Notes: a model not told the origin generated them from the letters alone. A stretch of 64,000 bases of DNA from Candidatus Krumholzibacteriota bacterium (GCA_029262065.1 JAJDAC010000022.1:251982-315981), one strand, 5' to 3'; positions 28,359 through 38,956 are shown, counted from the first letter of the stretch. Numbers and translations are program-made.

Positions 28359-29333
28359 ATGCAACGCTCGCTCGTCGTAGCGGGGCTCTGCGTCCTGATG
28401 CTTGGTACCGTAGGTGCCGAGGCACGGGACTTTCAGCCCCTCACGAAATCGCCCGACCGGCCCGAAATGCCCGCCCCGGGCATCGGCAAGGCCGCCCTCG
28501 ATTGTTCACAGGCCATCGACGTGAGTCTGGGAGACACCGTATGCGGTGACACCACCGGACTCGCGAACGAAGCCGACCAATACTGTTTCAGCCCGTGGAA
28601 CGAAACCGGCGGTGAAATCATCTACCGGCTGGTCATCGATACTCCGGCCCGCATCGAAGTGTCGTTGGACGCCCAGTGCGACCTGGACGTGGCGCTGTTG
28701 GCGTCCTGCGACGCATCGGACTGCCTGATCCTGACGGATCTCGGCTTCCGCTCTTCCGGTGCCATAAGCGGCGAGTACTTCATCGTGGTCGATGGCTACG
28801 TCGGTGCCGCGTGCGGCTTCTGCCTGACGATCGAAGAGATTCCGGTTGCCCCGCCTATTGACCTGGCCGGATGCACGAACGCGGAATTCACAAACTGCCT
28901 GAGCCAGACCATCACCGGCACAACGTGCGGTGAGACCAACCACGTGACCGAGGCTGCGTGTGGCCTATTCCCCGAGCAGGGGCAAGACAAGTGGTACACC
29001 TTCGAGATCGAGCCATTTGGCTACATCCTGGCCAGCGCCAACATGCCCAACGCCGACGTGTCTCTGTGGGTCTTTGATGACTGTCTTACCGGTCTTGAGT
29101 GCCTCGGGTTTTCAGACTTCCAGGGAGTAGGTGGGTACGAAGCAGTCGTGTACTCCAACACCAGTAGCGAGAATAAACGGGTACACCTGGTAGTCGACTC
29201 GTTCGGCGCGGCCGGCGACTGTGCCGAGTTCGAGATAGATCTCACCTGCAGTGGCGGTGTAGTGCCTGTGCAACAGACCAGCTGGGGCACGCTCAAGGGA
29301 ACCTTCTCGACCGAGAACGGAGGCACACAATGA
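28359..29333 (+). CDS. Secreted protein with two tandem pre-peptidase C-terminal (PPC)-like domains, Cys-rich
   Basis: GGAGAG ribosome-binding site before the ATG at 28359. Signal peptide. Two ~110-aa repeats, each with CGDT/CGET .. YxF .. DxDLxL/DVSLWVFDDC .. motifs typical of PPC domains. Confidence 0.45.
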   Translation: MQRSLVVAGLCVLMLGTVGAEARDFQPLTKSPDRPEMPAPGIGKAALDCSQAIDVSLGDTVCGDTTGLANEADQYCFSPWNETGGEIIYRLVIDTPARIEVSLDAQCDLDVALLASCDASDCLILTDLGFRSSGAISGEYFIVVDGYVGAACGFCLTIEEIPVAPPIDLAGCTNAEFTNCLSQTITGTTCGETNHVTEAACGLFPEQGQDKWYTFEIEPFGYILASANMPNADVSLWVFDDCLTGLECLGFSDFQGVGGYEAVVYSNTSSENKRVHLVVDSFGAAGDCAEFEIDLTCSGGVVPVQQTSWGTLKGTFSTENGGTQ

Positions 29334-31516
29334 AAACGCGTGTACTTCTGATCGGCGCAGCGGCGTTGGCCATCGCGATTGCCGGATGCGGCGACGACAA
29401 CCTTCAGACTCTCAACCAACTTCCCGACACCTCGGTGATCGCCGAATCACCCTACGATATCGAGGGTGGTCGAGCCGTGCGCTTCGAGCTGGCCGGCGAA
29501 GACCCCGACGGCAGCGTAGTGGCGTTCGAATGGCGTGTTCTGATCGACATGACCAGCGCGGCCAGTCAGCCATGGACCCGAACCGTCGACGCTGAGCTGG
29601 TGCTGAAATTCGCCGACGGCGAGTCGATGGAGAATCGCGTGTTTCAGGCGCGATCCATAGACAACGCGGGCGGCGATGATCCCACCCCCGCATCGGTGGA
29701 GTTCTCACCGATATCGTTGGCTCCCGAAGTCATCATCGACTACCCCGATGCCGCGCCCTCCATCACGTGCCGATCGGTACCCTTGGCGCCTCGCATGGGT
29801 TGGAGTGCTCGCGATCGGGACGCACGCGGCGAGGCCGTCTCTACGCGGTACATTCTATTGTCCACGGGCACGGGATCTTGCCTGACCCAATTGCAGTTCC
29901 AACTTGCCAATCCGTTCTACGATATTGCCAGCGATGACCCTCGCTGGAGCGACTGGGTGACCTACGAACTCGCGGAGGATCGTCCCAATCCCAGTGCCTC
30001 CGTGCGGTTGGAAAACCTGGTATTGGGAGAGAACTATCTGTTTGCGGTTCAGGCCCGCGGAGCCGACGGAGCACTCACCAAGAGCTTCGATTGGGATCGC
30101 AACGTTCGACACTTCCAGACCAGCGAAAACCTGTTTCCCCTGCTCGCCGTGAACAGCAACGTGTTGGGCGTGCGAAGCTTCGTGGGCACCAACAACTTCG
30201 TTTCGGTTGAAGTATTGGGCGGTCAGGAGCTGACGTTCGAACTGAGCGGCAGTGCCGACAGTTACGGCAGTGGCATTGACGGATACCGCTGGGGCCAGGA
30301 CGTGGTCGACCCGGCCGACCCCAACGATCCCGGCTGGGGCACACCATTCGGCCTCGGCGGCGGGTTCCAATCGGTCTCGTTCTCGTACAGTCAGGGAACC
30401 CACAACTTCGTCGTCCAGGTTCGCGACGACAACGGGGCCATTACCCAGGCCGTATACCAGTTGCAGGTTGTCCAGGCTCCGCCTTACGAAACCCGTCGCG
30501 ACATACTGCTGGTGGACGATTTCCCGTCAGACCAAGCAATGTTCCTGGAGGCAGAGTGGGACGCCGCGTGGCAGGATCTGCTCACTTCGGTAGCCCCGGG
30601 CTTCGACCCATCGCAAGATGTCATCGACACGCAGGCACAACCGAACGAACTGAACCTGGCCAAGCTGCTGGAATACAAGACCGTGATCTGGTTCGTATCA
30701 CCAAGTTCACAGACCTTTCTCGCGACACGTCTGTCGCCACCTTCGCTGCTGACGCCCGCCAACAACTGGCTCGAAGCGTACCAGCGGATCGCGGGAAACC
30801 TCCTGTTGGTGGGCCCCGGCGCCTTGCTGGGTTCGGTCTCCAACATCACCAGCAACTTTCGACAGCCTACTCTGTACGACGTACCATCTGCTCCACCGTT
30901 TGGGTTTGGCGTCGAGCTTGCCGGCGGCATCTTGACGAATCGCGGTAGACGGTTCTGGCCCTACAGCGGTTTCTGCCTGGAGGCGACCGACTTCGTTCGG
31001 CCCGCCGCGGGCCTCATATTCGGTGAGCTGGCGGGACCGCTCAACATCGCGCGCAGCTCCGGCTGTGATGCCATGCTTCGCGGTGGCGTATCCAACGAGT
31101 TTCTCTTGGCCAACCCGGGAGCGGGCGCGTTGGTCACCGACCTTCGACCCACCGATGCCCGACGCAACCTGGAACCAGGCTACTTCGCGCAATTCGAGGA
31201 GTTCTACAACGTGAACGTCACTGTCCGACAAGTGACGCTGGAAGTCCGGGATTGTTTCACACCGATGTTCGTCTTGAAATCACGTCGCGACGAGGGCGAG
31301 GTCGACCCCTCCCTTTGCCCGCAACCGGGATTGCCGTCACCCTTGCAGGACGTACCCGTGGGATTCATGAGTACCCTCTTCAGCGACAGCAAGCCCGTGG
31401 TGGGCTCGGCCGATTTCGTATGGGGTTTCCACCCCCTGTCTTTCGAATCGAACGACATCGCCGCCTCGTTGCGTTGGATCATTGGCGACAACTGGCAGTT
31501 GCCGGTGAATCCATAG
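29330..31516 (+). CDS. Large lipoprotein with PKD-like domains, function unknown
   Basis: ATGA overlap with the upstream gene. Lipobox IAIAGC. PKD-like blocks (DPDGSVVAFEWRV; GIDGYRWGQD...GTHNFVVQVRDDNGA). 728 aa. Confidence 0.45.
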   Translation: MKTRVLLIGAAALAIAIAGCGDDNLQTLNQLPDTSVIAESPYDIEGGRAVRFELAGEDPDGSVVAFEWRVLIDMTSAASQPWTRTVDAELVLKFADGESMENRVFQARSIDNAGGDDPTPASVEFSPISLAPEVIIDYPDAAPSITCRSVPLAPRMGWSARDRDARGEAVSTRYILLSTGTGSCLTQLQFQLANPFYDIASDDPRWSDWVTYELAEDRPNPSASVRLENLVLGENYLFAVQARGADGALTKSFDWDRNVRHFQTSENLFPLLAVNSNVLGVRSFVGTNNFVSVEVLGGQELTFELSGSADSYGSGIDGYRWGQDVVDPADPNDPGWGTPFGLGGGFQSVSFSYSQGTHNFVVQVRDDNGAITQAVYQLQVVQAPPYETRRDILLVDDFPSDQAMFLEAEWDAAWQDLLTSVAPGFDPSQDVIDTQAQPNELNLAKLLEYKTVIWFVSPSSQTFLATRLSPPSLLTPANNWLEAYQRIAGNLLLVGPGALLGSVSNITSNFRQPTLYDVPSAPPFGFGVELAGGILTNRGRRFWPYSGFCLEATDFVRPAAGLIFGELAGPLNIARSSGCDAMLRGGVSNEFLLANPGAGALVTDLRPTDARRNLEPGYFAQFEEFYNVNVTVRQVTLEVRDCFTPMFVLKSRRDEGEVDPSLCPQPGLPSPLQDVPVGFMSTLFSDSKPVVGSADFVWGFHPLSFESNDIAASLRWIIGDNWQLPVNP

Positions 31517-31671
31517 GGACGTAAGCCTGGTCATATCGGGTTTGGTAGGCGGACTTCGCAAGCGCGAAGTCCGCCTTTTCGTACCCTCCCCATTCTTTTC
31601 TCCGGAAGTGAATCACGGTGGAGTACTCTCGTGCCGTCAGCGTTCCCGCCATATCAAGTCCTAGGAGGGTC

Positions 31672-32634
31672 ATGCGTTACCTCATCTTCCTCTCCGCGCT
31701 CCTGCTCGCTTCGCCGTCGGCGGCCCTCGCACAATCTTGCTGTGTCATTGCCGACAACGGCACGGGGACCATAGACCTGCCGCCCAACTGTCTACCCGAC
31801 GGTTTCTCCGGAAACCTCGAGCTCGTCGAGGGCCTGCCCGCGGGTAGTGCCGTGGACATGGAGGCGCGACTGACCGATTTTTCTTCGACCGAAAGCGCGG
31901 GTGGAGTGCTGGGCGGAACCATTCATGAGTTCACCGCCACGATCCACCTGGAAGTAATCGGCAGCGGCACCCTGGCCGCGTTCCAACGCTCGCTCACGTT
32001 TCCCGTGTCGGGAGAGCTACACGCCGAACCACGCACGCCCGGCGCCGCCGTGCAAAACGTGGAAGCGACCATGTTCCGGCTGAAAGGCAAGCTGCAGAAC
32101 GATTTCGATTTCTGGCTGCTGGAGTTCGAAGGCGGCGACGTGTTCGGATTGGATAGCCCCGGTGAGATCGAAATGGTCCGTCAGGGCGGCCCCGGATCGG
32201 ACTTCGAAGTGACGGGTTTCTTCGACTACAACTATCGCATTCAATTCGAAGGGGCTCAGGAAAGTTTCTTCATCGAGGGTTTCCGGGGCATCACCCTCGA
32301 CCTGGCGTCGGGGTTCGAACTGTGCCCATCCGGTTCCGCCACTGCCGTCCCCGCGGCTGACACACTGTTCTTCGCGAGCTACCCGAACCCCACCCCCGCC
32401 TCGACCCAGCTGTCGTTCAACATCGATCAGGTTACGCACGTCGACGTGGCAATCTTCGACGTGCGGGGACGCCTCGTGCGCGCCCTTTGGCGGGGCCCGA
32501 TGGAACCGGGTCTTCGGCGGCTCCGCTGGAATGGTCGGAGCGACAGTGGCGATCGCGTCGCCGCGGGCGTGTATTCGGCAAGACTTCGAACCGGGGAGAC
32601 CACGCGAGCCGTTCGCCTCACGATCTTGCGGTAA
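31672..32634 (+). CDS. Secreted protein with C-terminal T9SS type-A (FlgD-Ig-like) sorting domain
   Basis: AGGAGGG ribosome-binding site. Signal peptide MRYLIFLSALLLASPSAALA. The C-terminal ~75 aa match the Por-secretion-tail pattern (YPNPTPASTQLSFNI..VAIFDVRGRLVRAL...WNGRSDSGDRVAAGVYSARLRTGE..RLTILR). Confidence 0.55.
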   Translation: MRYLIFLSALLLASPSAALAQSCCVIADNGTGTIDLPPNCLPDGFSGNLELVEGLPAGSAVDMEARLTDFSSTESAGGVLGGTIHEFTATIHLEVIGSGTLAAFQRSLTFPVSGELHAEPRTPGAAVQNVEATMFRLKGKLQNDFDFWLLEFEGGDVFGLDSPGEIEMVRQGGPGSDFEVTGFFDYNYRIQFEGAQESFFIEGFRGITLDLASGFELCPSGSATAVPAADTLFFASYPNPTPASTQLSFNIDQVTHVDVAIFDVRGRLVRALWRGPMEPGLRRLRWNGRSDSGDRVAAGVYSARLRTGETTRAVRLTILR

Positions 32635-32649
32635 AGCGGCGCAAAAAAG

Positions 32650-32680
32650 GCCCGGCGAGTGCGAAACTCACCGGGCCTTA
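32650..32680 (-). terminator. Intrinsic terminator hairpin (12-bp stem GGCCCGG(C/T)GAGT) with A6/T6 tract, bidirectional between convergent genes
   Basis: aaaaaaGGCCCGGCGAGTgcgaaACTCACCGGGCCtt. On the minus strand the hairpin is followed by TTTTTT. Confidence 0.6.
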
Positions 32681-32686
32681 GACTAT

Positions 32687-32759
32687 CACGCGACGCCTCA
32701 GCTGGCGTGAAGAAAGCCAGCGCCGGAACTATGTGCCACGCGACGCCTCAGCTGGCGTG
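32687..32759. repeat. Two copies of a 23-nt hairpin-forming direct repeat (CACGCGACGCCTCAGCTGGCGTG) 27 bp apart
   Basis: Exact 23-nt duplication at 32687-32709 and 32737-32759. Each copy contains ACGCC/GGCGT arms around CAGCTG. Located in a convergent intergenic space. Confidence 0.6.
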
Positions 32760-32761
32760 GC

Positions 32762-34840
32762 TTAACGCACCAGTGACAGCTTCAGGGTACTGACTCCTTC
32801 AGCCGACTCCACCCGGGCTATGTACACCCCGCTGGGAACCGACCGCCCTCGGTCGTCGTGCCCACCCCAAGCGAATGCATGGGGGCCCGCAGGCAGAGCA
32901 CCACGATGCAACTGGCGCACGCGTTCGCCGCGCAGGTTGAACACCGCCACGTCCACCATGGACTCGTTCGCCAGACGGAAGCCCACCTGGGTCGTGGCGA
33001 AGGGATTCGGACTGGCACGTAGGAAGATGTTGGTGCCAGCGACCTGCGGCGCGGGCGTGGGATCGACCCCGGTCCCGGTCAACGGAACCGTAAACGCACC
33101 CACCCCCGAATCGTAGTTCACCGCAAGTGCCGCACTGGACAGACTTCCGTACTGGGCATCGCCGGTACCGTAGGTCACTTCAGCCGTCGGCTCGAAAGAA
33201 ACGTCGATGGTAACCGTCTCACCCGGACTCAACGTCACCGGGGTGAAAGTTACGCTGAACACGTCCATGTCGGACCCGATGATCTGGGCGTGCGTCACGT
33301 TGATGTCCGGTTCGCCACCGGTACCTGGGTGCGTAAGCCCCACGAACTGCGACTTCGACCCGCCCACGGGCACCGAACCGAAATCGACCATGGGATCCAC
33401 GGGACCCAGAACCGTGAGCGACACCGACAATGGAATTCCCGGCGAACCTCCCCCACCGGCGGCGGTGTAGGGGGTCGCGGTGATGGTGAGCGCCCCCAGC
33501 GGCGGGGTCCAGGCGTTGAAGTTTCCACTGGAGTCGCCAGCCAGTGCGTACGGCGGGTTGGTTTCCACCGCATAGGATGCAACGCCATTCAGATCGAATA
33601 CGACACTGCCCACGATCGTGGGGTTGCAGTCCGCGCGTACATTCAGATTGTCAGTGGGCAGGGTGTCCAGGTTCAGAGTGGAACCATCCATCAAGGGACC
33701 GATGTCGGTATCGGTGTCGGCGTTGATGAGCATGAGAGTCACCACTTCGTTCGCCGGACCCTTGGCCGCCGCCGAACGATGCTTTGGCAGGCCGGTCGGG
33801 ATCTCCCACACGAGGGTCTGATACGTCGGCGCGGCCGGAGTCACACATGGACCATCCAGCGAATAGCATTCGGCCGAAGTAAGCTCGGGTCCGCCGCCTC
33901 GATTGCCCGAGCCCGACGCTACATAGATTTGACCGTCGTACACGATCCCCTGGGTACCGTGCCGCCCCTGGTTCAGAGGAGCCATCGTAGCCCAGAGGTC
34001 GGTGTCTACGTCCATCGCTTCGGTCTCGGAGTGCGCGGGCGTTTGCGAAGTGCTCTCCCCACCCATGACATATACGCTGCCGTTGAAGCCCACGGCCGGT
34101 GCACCGGCACGCTCAGTGGGAATGTTGTTGGCAAGCGTGGTCCAGTTGCCGGTGTTGAAGTCGTACATGTCCACCGCCTGCACCGTGCCACCAAAAACGC
34201 TCCCCGCCTGCGTCGAGGCTCGGCCTCCCGCCGCATACAACTTGTCGCCCACGACCGAAACCTGGATATGGTCGCGCGGGTTGGGCATGTCGCTCGGCTG
34301 CGGAGTCCAGATACCGGTTTCCGGGTCGTACTCATCGACCCAACCGTTGGTACCCGAAACGTGACCCGAGAGTTGGCCACCCACCACGTAGATCTTGTCC
34401 TGATACACGGCCGATCCGGCTCCCCCCCGCCGTCGTGCAGCAGGAAACTCAGGGCCTTCGAACCATGTATCGGACGCTGGGTTGTAGATCAGGATGTTGT
34501 CGATCGGCGGCTCACCGGGGTAGCCACCCGTCATGGCGCCAGTCAGGTAGATCAACCCTCGAAAGGAAACTGCCTGGAAGTGATGCAACTCGATGGGCGA
34601 GTCATCATTGGCCGTCCACGTGTTGGCCGCTGGGTCGTAGACATCGACCGGGTTCACCCGGCGACCACCCATGAGATAGAACCGTCCGTTCAACTCGACG
34701 AACGCAGCCTCGTGGCGCTGGGTTGGGCTACCGGTCGGGCTCAGGGTAGTCCAGGTGTCAACGGCTGCCGCCGGAGTGGGATTCAAGAGCGGAAGAGCGC
34801 ATGCGAGAACGAGGGTCGCCAACGCGATGTGTCGAAGCAA
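32762..34840 (-). CDS. Secreted Kelch-repeat beta-propeller protein with C-terminal T9SS type-A sorting domain
   Basis: Signal peptide. N-terminal Kelch/galactose-oxidase-like repeats (GRFYLMGG, GLIYLTGA, DKIYVVGG, DKLYAAGG, GSVYVMGG, GQIYVASG). Ig-like middle region. C-terminus ASPNPFATTQVGFRL...VAVFNLRGERVRQL..GVYIARVES..LKLSLVR. Confidence 0.65.
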   Translation of the reverse strand: MLRHIALATLVLACALPLLNPTPAAAVDTWTTLSPTGSPTQRHEAAFVELNGRFYLMGGRRVNPVDVYDPAANTWTANDDSPIELHHFQAVSFRGLIYLTGAMTGGYPGEPPIDNILIYNPASDTWFEGPEFPAARRRGGAGSAVYQDKIYVVGGQLSGHVSGTNGWVDEYDPETGIWTPQPSDMPNPRDHIQVSVVGDKLYAAGGRASTQAGSVFGGTVQAVDMYDFNTGNWTTLANNIPTERAGAPAVGFNGSVYVMGGESTSQTPAHSETEAMDVDTDLWATMAPLNQGRHGTQGIVYDGQIYVASGSGNRGGGPELTSAECYSLDGPCVTPAAPTYQTLVWEIPTGLPKHRSAAAKGPANEVVTLMLINADTDTDIGPLMDGSTLNLDTLPTDNLNVRADCNPTIVGSVVFDLNGVASYAVETNPPYALAGDSSGNFNAWTPPLGALTITATPYTAAGGGGSPGIPLSVSLTVLGPVDPMVDFGSVPVGGSKSQFVGLTHPGTGGEPDINVTHAQIIGSDMDVFSVTFTPVTLSPGETVTIDVSFEPTAEVTYGTGDAQYGSLSSAALAVNYDSGVGAFTVPLTGTGVDPTPAPQVAGTNIFLRASPNPFATTQVGFRLANESMVDVAVFNLRGERVRQLHRGALPAGPHAFAWGGHDDRGRSVPSGVYIARVESAEGVSTLKLSLVR

Positions 34841-34894
34841 GAAAAAGACTCCTCAAGAATCGGGTCCAGGCCCGCGGGGAGCAGGGGCCTACAA

Positions 34895-34908
34895 ACCATA
34901 TATGGATC
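34895..34908. promoter_or_regulatory. CCATATATGG palindrome in the divergent promoter region between the Kelch gene and prfC
   Basis: AT-rich perfect 10-bp palindrome (context aaaCCATATATGGatc). The same decamer recurs at ~61625. Confidence 0.3.
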
Positions 34909-35069
34909 ATCAGATCGTATAGCGTACCAGATGTGTCCGGGCTCTGTGTGGTGAGGCCGGGCAAAAATTGACCCCAGGGCACGCCAGAGCCCTGCGGGGA
35001 ACGACGCTACCGCTTGCAACCCCGGCCAAAGCCACTACATTTGGCGGGTTCTCCAACCCAGGCACGGCC

Positions 35070-36671
35070 ATGAACCCTTCTGTATCCGCCACCGAGCTCC
35101 GCCGCGAAGTCGCGCGCCGACGGATATTCGCCATCATTTCGCACCCCGACGCCGGCAAGACCACGCTGACCGAGAAGCTGCTCCTCTATTCGGGAATGGT
35201 GCGTACGGCGGGAATGGTCGGCGGCCGCAAGGGCAACAAGAGCGCGGCCAGTGACTGGATGTCGATGGAGCAGGAACGAGGCATCTCCATCACCGCCTCG
35301 GCCATGCAGTTCACCTACAAAGACATCGTCATCAACATTCTCGACACTCCCGGTCACCAGGACTTCAGCGAAGATACCTACCGCACCCTCACGGCGGCCG
35401 ACAGCGTGATCATGGTCATCGATGGCTCCAAAGGTGTAGAGGCCCAGACGCGCAAATTGTTCGACGCATGTCGCATGCGCGGTACGCCCGTGTTCACACT
35501 CATGAACAAGTGGGATCTACCGGTTCGCGACCCCATCGACCTGATGGACGAGGTCGAAGAGATCCTGGGCATTCATGCCAGCCCCCTGAACTGGCCGGTT
35601 GGCTCGGGCCGGGAGTTTCGCGGCGTCGTCAATCGCGCCACCCGCGAAGTCCAGCTCTACGAGAAGGCCGCCGCCGGGGGCAGCGCCATCCCGCACACCG
35701 TCCGCGTTCCTCTGGAAGAGGCAACCGATCACCTGAGCGCCGACGAAATCAGCGATCTACGTGATGAGTTGGATCTCCTGGACGCAGCCGGCAACGCGTT
35801 CGATAAAGAAGCGTTTCTGGCCGGGAAAGTCACCCCTGTTTTCTTCGGTTCGGCCCTTTCAAACTTTGGCGTCGAACCGCTGTTCGATGCGTTCATGAAC
35901 CTGGCTCCCGCGCCCGCTCCGCGATTGGCCAAATCGGCCACGGGAGAGGATCTGGTGGTCGAACCCACCGATCCCGATTTCAGCGCCTACGTCTTCAAAC
36001 TGCAGGCCAACATGAACCCTCGTCATCGTGACTGCGTGGCGTTCCTGAGAATCAACAGCGGGCTGTTCTCGCGCGACATGCAGGTAGTTCACGAACGACT
36101 CGGCCAGAAGATTCGCCTGTCGCGCCCACACACGCTCATGGTTTCCGAGCGCGAAACGCTGGAACAGGCCTACCCCGGTGACGTCATCGGCGTCATCAGC
36201 CCGGGCAACCTTCAAATTGGTGATACCCTGACCACCAAGGGCGGCATGAGCTTCGAATCCCTGCCGCAGTTTCAGCCCGAGCATTTCGCGCGAATCGACC
36301 CCGTGGACATGACCAAACGAAAGTCGCTGGACAAGGGTCTTGAGCAACTCGCGGGCGAGGGCGCGGTGCAGATGCTATGGGAATACGGTGACCGATCCAG
36401 CTACCCTATTCTGGCCGCCGTGGGTCGGCTGCAGTTCGAGGTAATGCAATACCGCCTGCGCGACGAGTATTCGGTGGAAGTCCGCCTGGCACCCATGCCC
36501 TACAAGTGCAGCGCCTGGCTGAAGGGCGACGTATCCAGCTTCGACAAGCCGTCCACATCCCGCCTGGTGGAAGATCGCTTCGGCCGCCCCATGCTCCTGT
36601 TCCAGTCCCCCTGGGAAAAGGACTTCGCGGCCAAGAAGAACCCCGACCACGAGCTGACCGACTTCGCCTGA
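35070..36671 (+). CDS. prfC: Peptide chain release factor 3
   Basis: Begins at the internal Met (MNPSVSATELRREVARRRIFAIISHPDAGKTTLTEKLL..). GTPase G1-G4 motifs. Strong full-length similarity to RF3. Confidence 0.9.
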   Translation: MNPSVSATELRREVARRRIFAIISHPDAGKTTLTEKLLLYSGMVRTAGMVGGRKGNKSAASDWMSMEQERGISITASAMQFTYKDIVINILDTPGHQDFSEDTYRTLTAADSVIMVIDGSKGVEAQTRKLFDACRMRGTPVFTLMNKWDLPVRDPIDLMDEVEEILGIHASPLNWPVGSGREFRGVVNRATREVQLYEKAAAGGSAIPHTVRVPLEEATDHLSADEISDLRDELDLLDAAGNAFDKEAFLAGKVTPVFFGSALSNFGVEPLFDAFMNLAPAPAPRLAKSATGEDLVVEPTDPDFSAYVFKLQANMNPRHRDCVAFLRINSGLFSRDMQVVHERLGQKIRLSRPHTLMVSERETLEQAYPGDVIGVISPGNLQIGDTLTTKGGMSFESLPQFQPEHFARIDPVDMTKRKSLDKGLEQLAGEGAVQMLWEYGDRSSYPILAAVGRLQFEVMQYRLRDEYSVEVRLAPMPYKCSAWLKGDVSSFDKPSTSRLVEDRFGRPMLLFQSPWEKDFAAKKNPDHELTDFA

Positions 36672-36754
36672 CTGGAGCTGGCCCCCGTCAGACCGGTTCT
36701 ATAGAATAGGCGCGTCGCGAACTACGCAACCGCCACCAATACCGGGAGCCACCC

Positions 36755-38902
36755 GTGAAATCGTACGTATTTGTCCTGCTCGCAATTGCCACGGCCACGA
36801 CCGCCGGACTGGCCTGCAGCCCCGTCGACCAGGAAGTTGTTTCAGAAGGAGTGCCCGACATGGTCACCAACCCGCTGCTCGCCGAATGGAATACCCCGTT
36901 TGGAGTGCCGCCGTTCGACCAGATCGAAGATGCCCACTACCTACCCGCCTATCGCGCGGCCATTCTGGAGCACCGGGCCGAGATCGAGACCATCATCGCC
37001 AACCCGCAGGCACCGACGTTCGACAACACCATCGTGGCGTTGGAGCGAAGCGGTGGTCGACTACAACGCGTGGACAATGTCTTCTCGGCCGTCAACTCGG
37101 CCCACTCGAACGATACCATCCGGGAAGTGGCCCAGACGGTGGCGTCCGAATTGTCGTCGCACAACGACGATATCAACCTGAACGCGGACCTCTACGTCCG
37201 CGTGAAGTCGGTCTACGACCGACGGGACTCTCTGACCCTTACCCCCGAGGACCGCAAACTTCTGGAGGAAACGAACAAGACATTCGTGCGTAGCGGCGTT
37301 GGGCTCGACGAAGCCACCAAGAGTCGCGTGCGGGAAATCAACGGGGAGATCGCCACCCTGAGCGAGAAATTTGGCAAGAACGTCCTGGATGAGACGAACG
37401 ACTTCGATCTGCACGTGACCGATCGCACTGACCTGGGCGACCTGCCGAGCAGCCTGGTGGCAGCCGCGGCGGCGGAAGCCAAACGACGGGGACACGACGG
37501 CGGCTGGTCGATCACGCTACAACGGCCCAGCTGCAATCCGTTCCTGCAGTACTCGCCCAACCGTGAGATGCGCAAGCGGGTGTTCATGGGGTACGCCATG
37601 CGAGGCGATCGCGACAACGCTTCTGACAACAAACCCATCCTGGCGCGCATGGCCGCTCTAAGAGCCGAACGGTCCAAGCTCATGGGGTACGCCAACCACG
37701 CATCGTTCATCCTGTCCGACAACATGGCCGAGAACCCCGAACGGGTCTTCGAGCTACTCGACAAGGTCTGGCGCCCCGCCCTGCGCGTGGCCCAAGCCGA
37801 ACGCAATGCCCTGGAAGAGATGATGCATCGTGACGGCATTCAGGGCGAACTCGAAGGCTGGGACTGGCGCTACTATGTGGAGAAGGTCCGGCGCGAACGC
37901 TACGACCTCGACGAAGATCTGCTGCGCCCTTATTTCGAGTTCAATGCCGTGCGAAAGGGCACGTTCGAAGTAGCCACCAAGCTGTTCGGACTCACGTTCC
38001 ACGAACTGGCGAACGTACCCAAGTGGCATCCAGAACAGCAGGTGTACGAGGTCAAGGAAGCCAACGGAGATCACCTGGGCATTCTCTACATGGATTTCTT
38101 CGCCCGCGAGAGCAAGCGCGGGGGCGCCTGGATGAACGACCTTCGCGCACAGAATCGTTTGGACGGCGACGTGAAACCCATCGTCACCAACAACTTCAAC
38201 TACCCTCCGCCCGCGGCTGATGGCCCCTCGCTCCTGTCGTTCGACGAGGCTTCTACCCTGTTCCATGAGTTCGGACACGCCCTGCACGGGCTACTGTCCG
38301 ACGTGAAATACACGTCACTGTCGGGCACCAACGTACCCCGTGACTTCGTGGAGTTCCCGTCTCAGGTCATGGAAAACTGGATGGCCGAGCCCGAGGTCCT
38401 ACGGCTGTTCGCGCGGCACTACGAAACGGGCGAGCTCATCCCCGATGAACTCATCCAGAAGCTCCAGGCGGCCGCCAAGTTCAATCAGGGCTTTGCCACG
38501 GTCGAGTATATGGCCGCGTCGTACCTGGACCTGGCCTGGCACACGCTCGAGAGCAATGGCGCACAGTCGCCTCGTGACTTCGAGACCGCCGCCATGGAAA
38601 AGATCGGCCTCATGGAGGAGATCATTCCGCGGTACCGGAGTACGTACTTCAGCCACATCTTCGAGGGCGGATATTCTTCGGGCTACTACAGCTATCTATG
38701 GTCGGAGGTCCTGGACGCCGACGCCTTCGAAGCCTTCAAGGAAACGAGCCTGTTCGACCCCGATACGGCCAGTCGATTTCGCCGGCTCCTATCGCGCGGC
38801 GGCTCGCGGCCGGGCATGGACCTCTACCAGGAGTTTCGCGGACGGGCCCCGGTCATAGAGCCACTGCTCGAACGCCGAGGTTTGGTCGAAGCCGAAAGCT
38901 GA
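36755..38902 (+). CDS. dcp: M3-family peptidyl-dipeptidase (Dcp-like), lipoprotein
   Basis: GTG start. Lipobox TTAGLAC. HEFGHALH zinc motif. M3 architecture along 715 aa. Confidence 0.85.
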   Translation: MKSYVFVLLAIATATTAGLACSPVDQEVVSEGVPDMVTNPLLAEWNTPFGVPPFDQIEDAHYLPAYRAAILEHRAEIETIIANPQAPTFDNTIVALERSGGRLQRVDNVFSAVNSAHSNDTIREVAQTVASELSSHNDDINLNADLYVRVKSVYDRRDSLTLTPEDRKLLEETNKTFVRSGVGLDEATKSRVREINGEIATLSEKFGKNVLDETNDFDLHVTDRTDLGDLPSSLVAAAAAEAKRRGHDGGWSITLQRPSCNPFLQYSPNREMRKRVFMGYAMRGDRDNASDNKPILARMAALRAERSKLMGYANHASFILSDNMAENPERVFELLDKVWRPALRVAQAERNALEEMMHRDGIQGELEGWDWRYYVEKVRRERYDLDEDLLRPYFEFNAVRKGTFEVATKLFGLTFHELANVPKWHPEQQVYEVKEANGDHLGILYMDFFARESKRGGAWMNDLRAQNRLDGDVKPIVTNNFNYPPPAADGPSLLSFDEASTLFHEFGHALHGLLSDVKYTSLSGTNVPRDFVEFPSQVMENWMAEPEVLRLFARHYETGELIPDELIQKLQAAAKFNQGFATVEYMAASYLDLAWHTLESNGAQSPRDFETAAMEKIGLMEEIIPRYRSTYFSHIFEGGYSSGYYSYLWSEVLDADAFEAFKETSLFDPDTASRFRRLLSRGGSRPGMDLYQEFRGRAPVIEPLLERRGLVEAES

Positions 38903-38927
38903 AACAACTCGCACCGAGTGTTCAGGG

Positions 38928-38956
38928 AGGGTGGGGCTTTCCCCACCCTTTTTTTG
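38928..38956 (+). terminator. Rho-independent terminator of dcp
   Basis: AGGGTGGGG-cttt-CCCCACCCT stem followed by a run of seven T. Confidence 0.75.
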
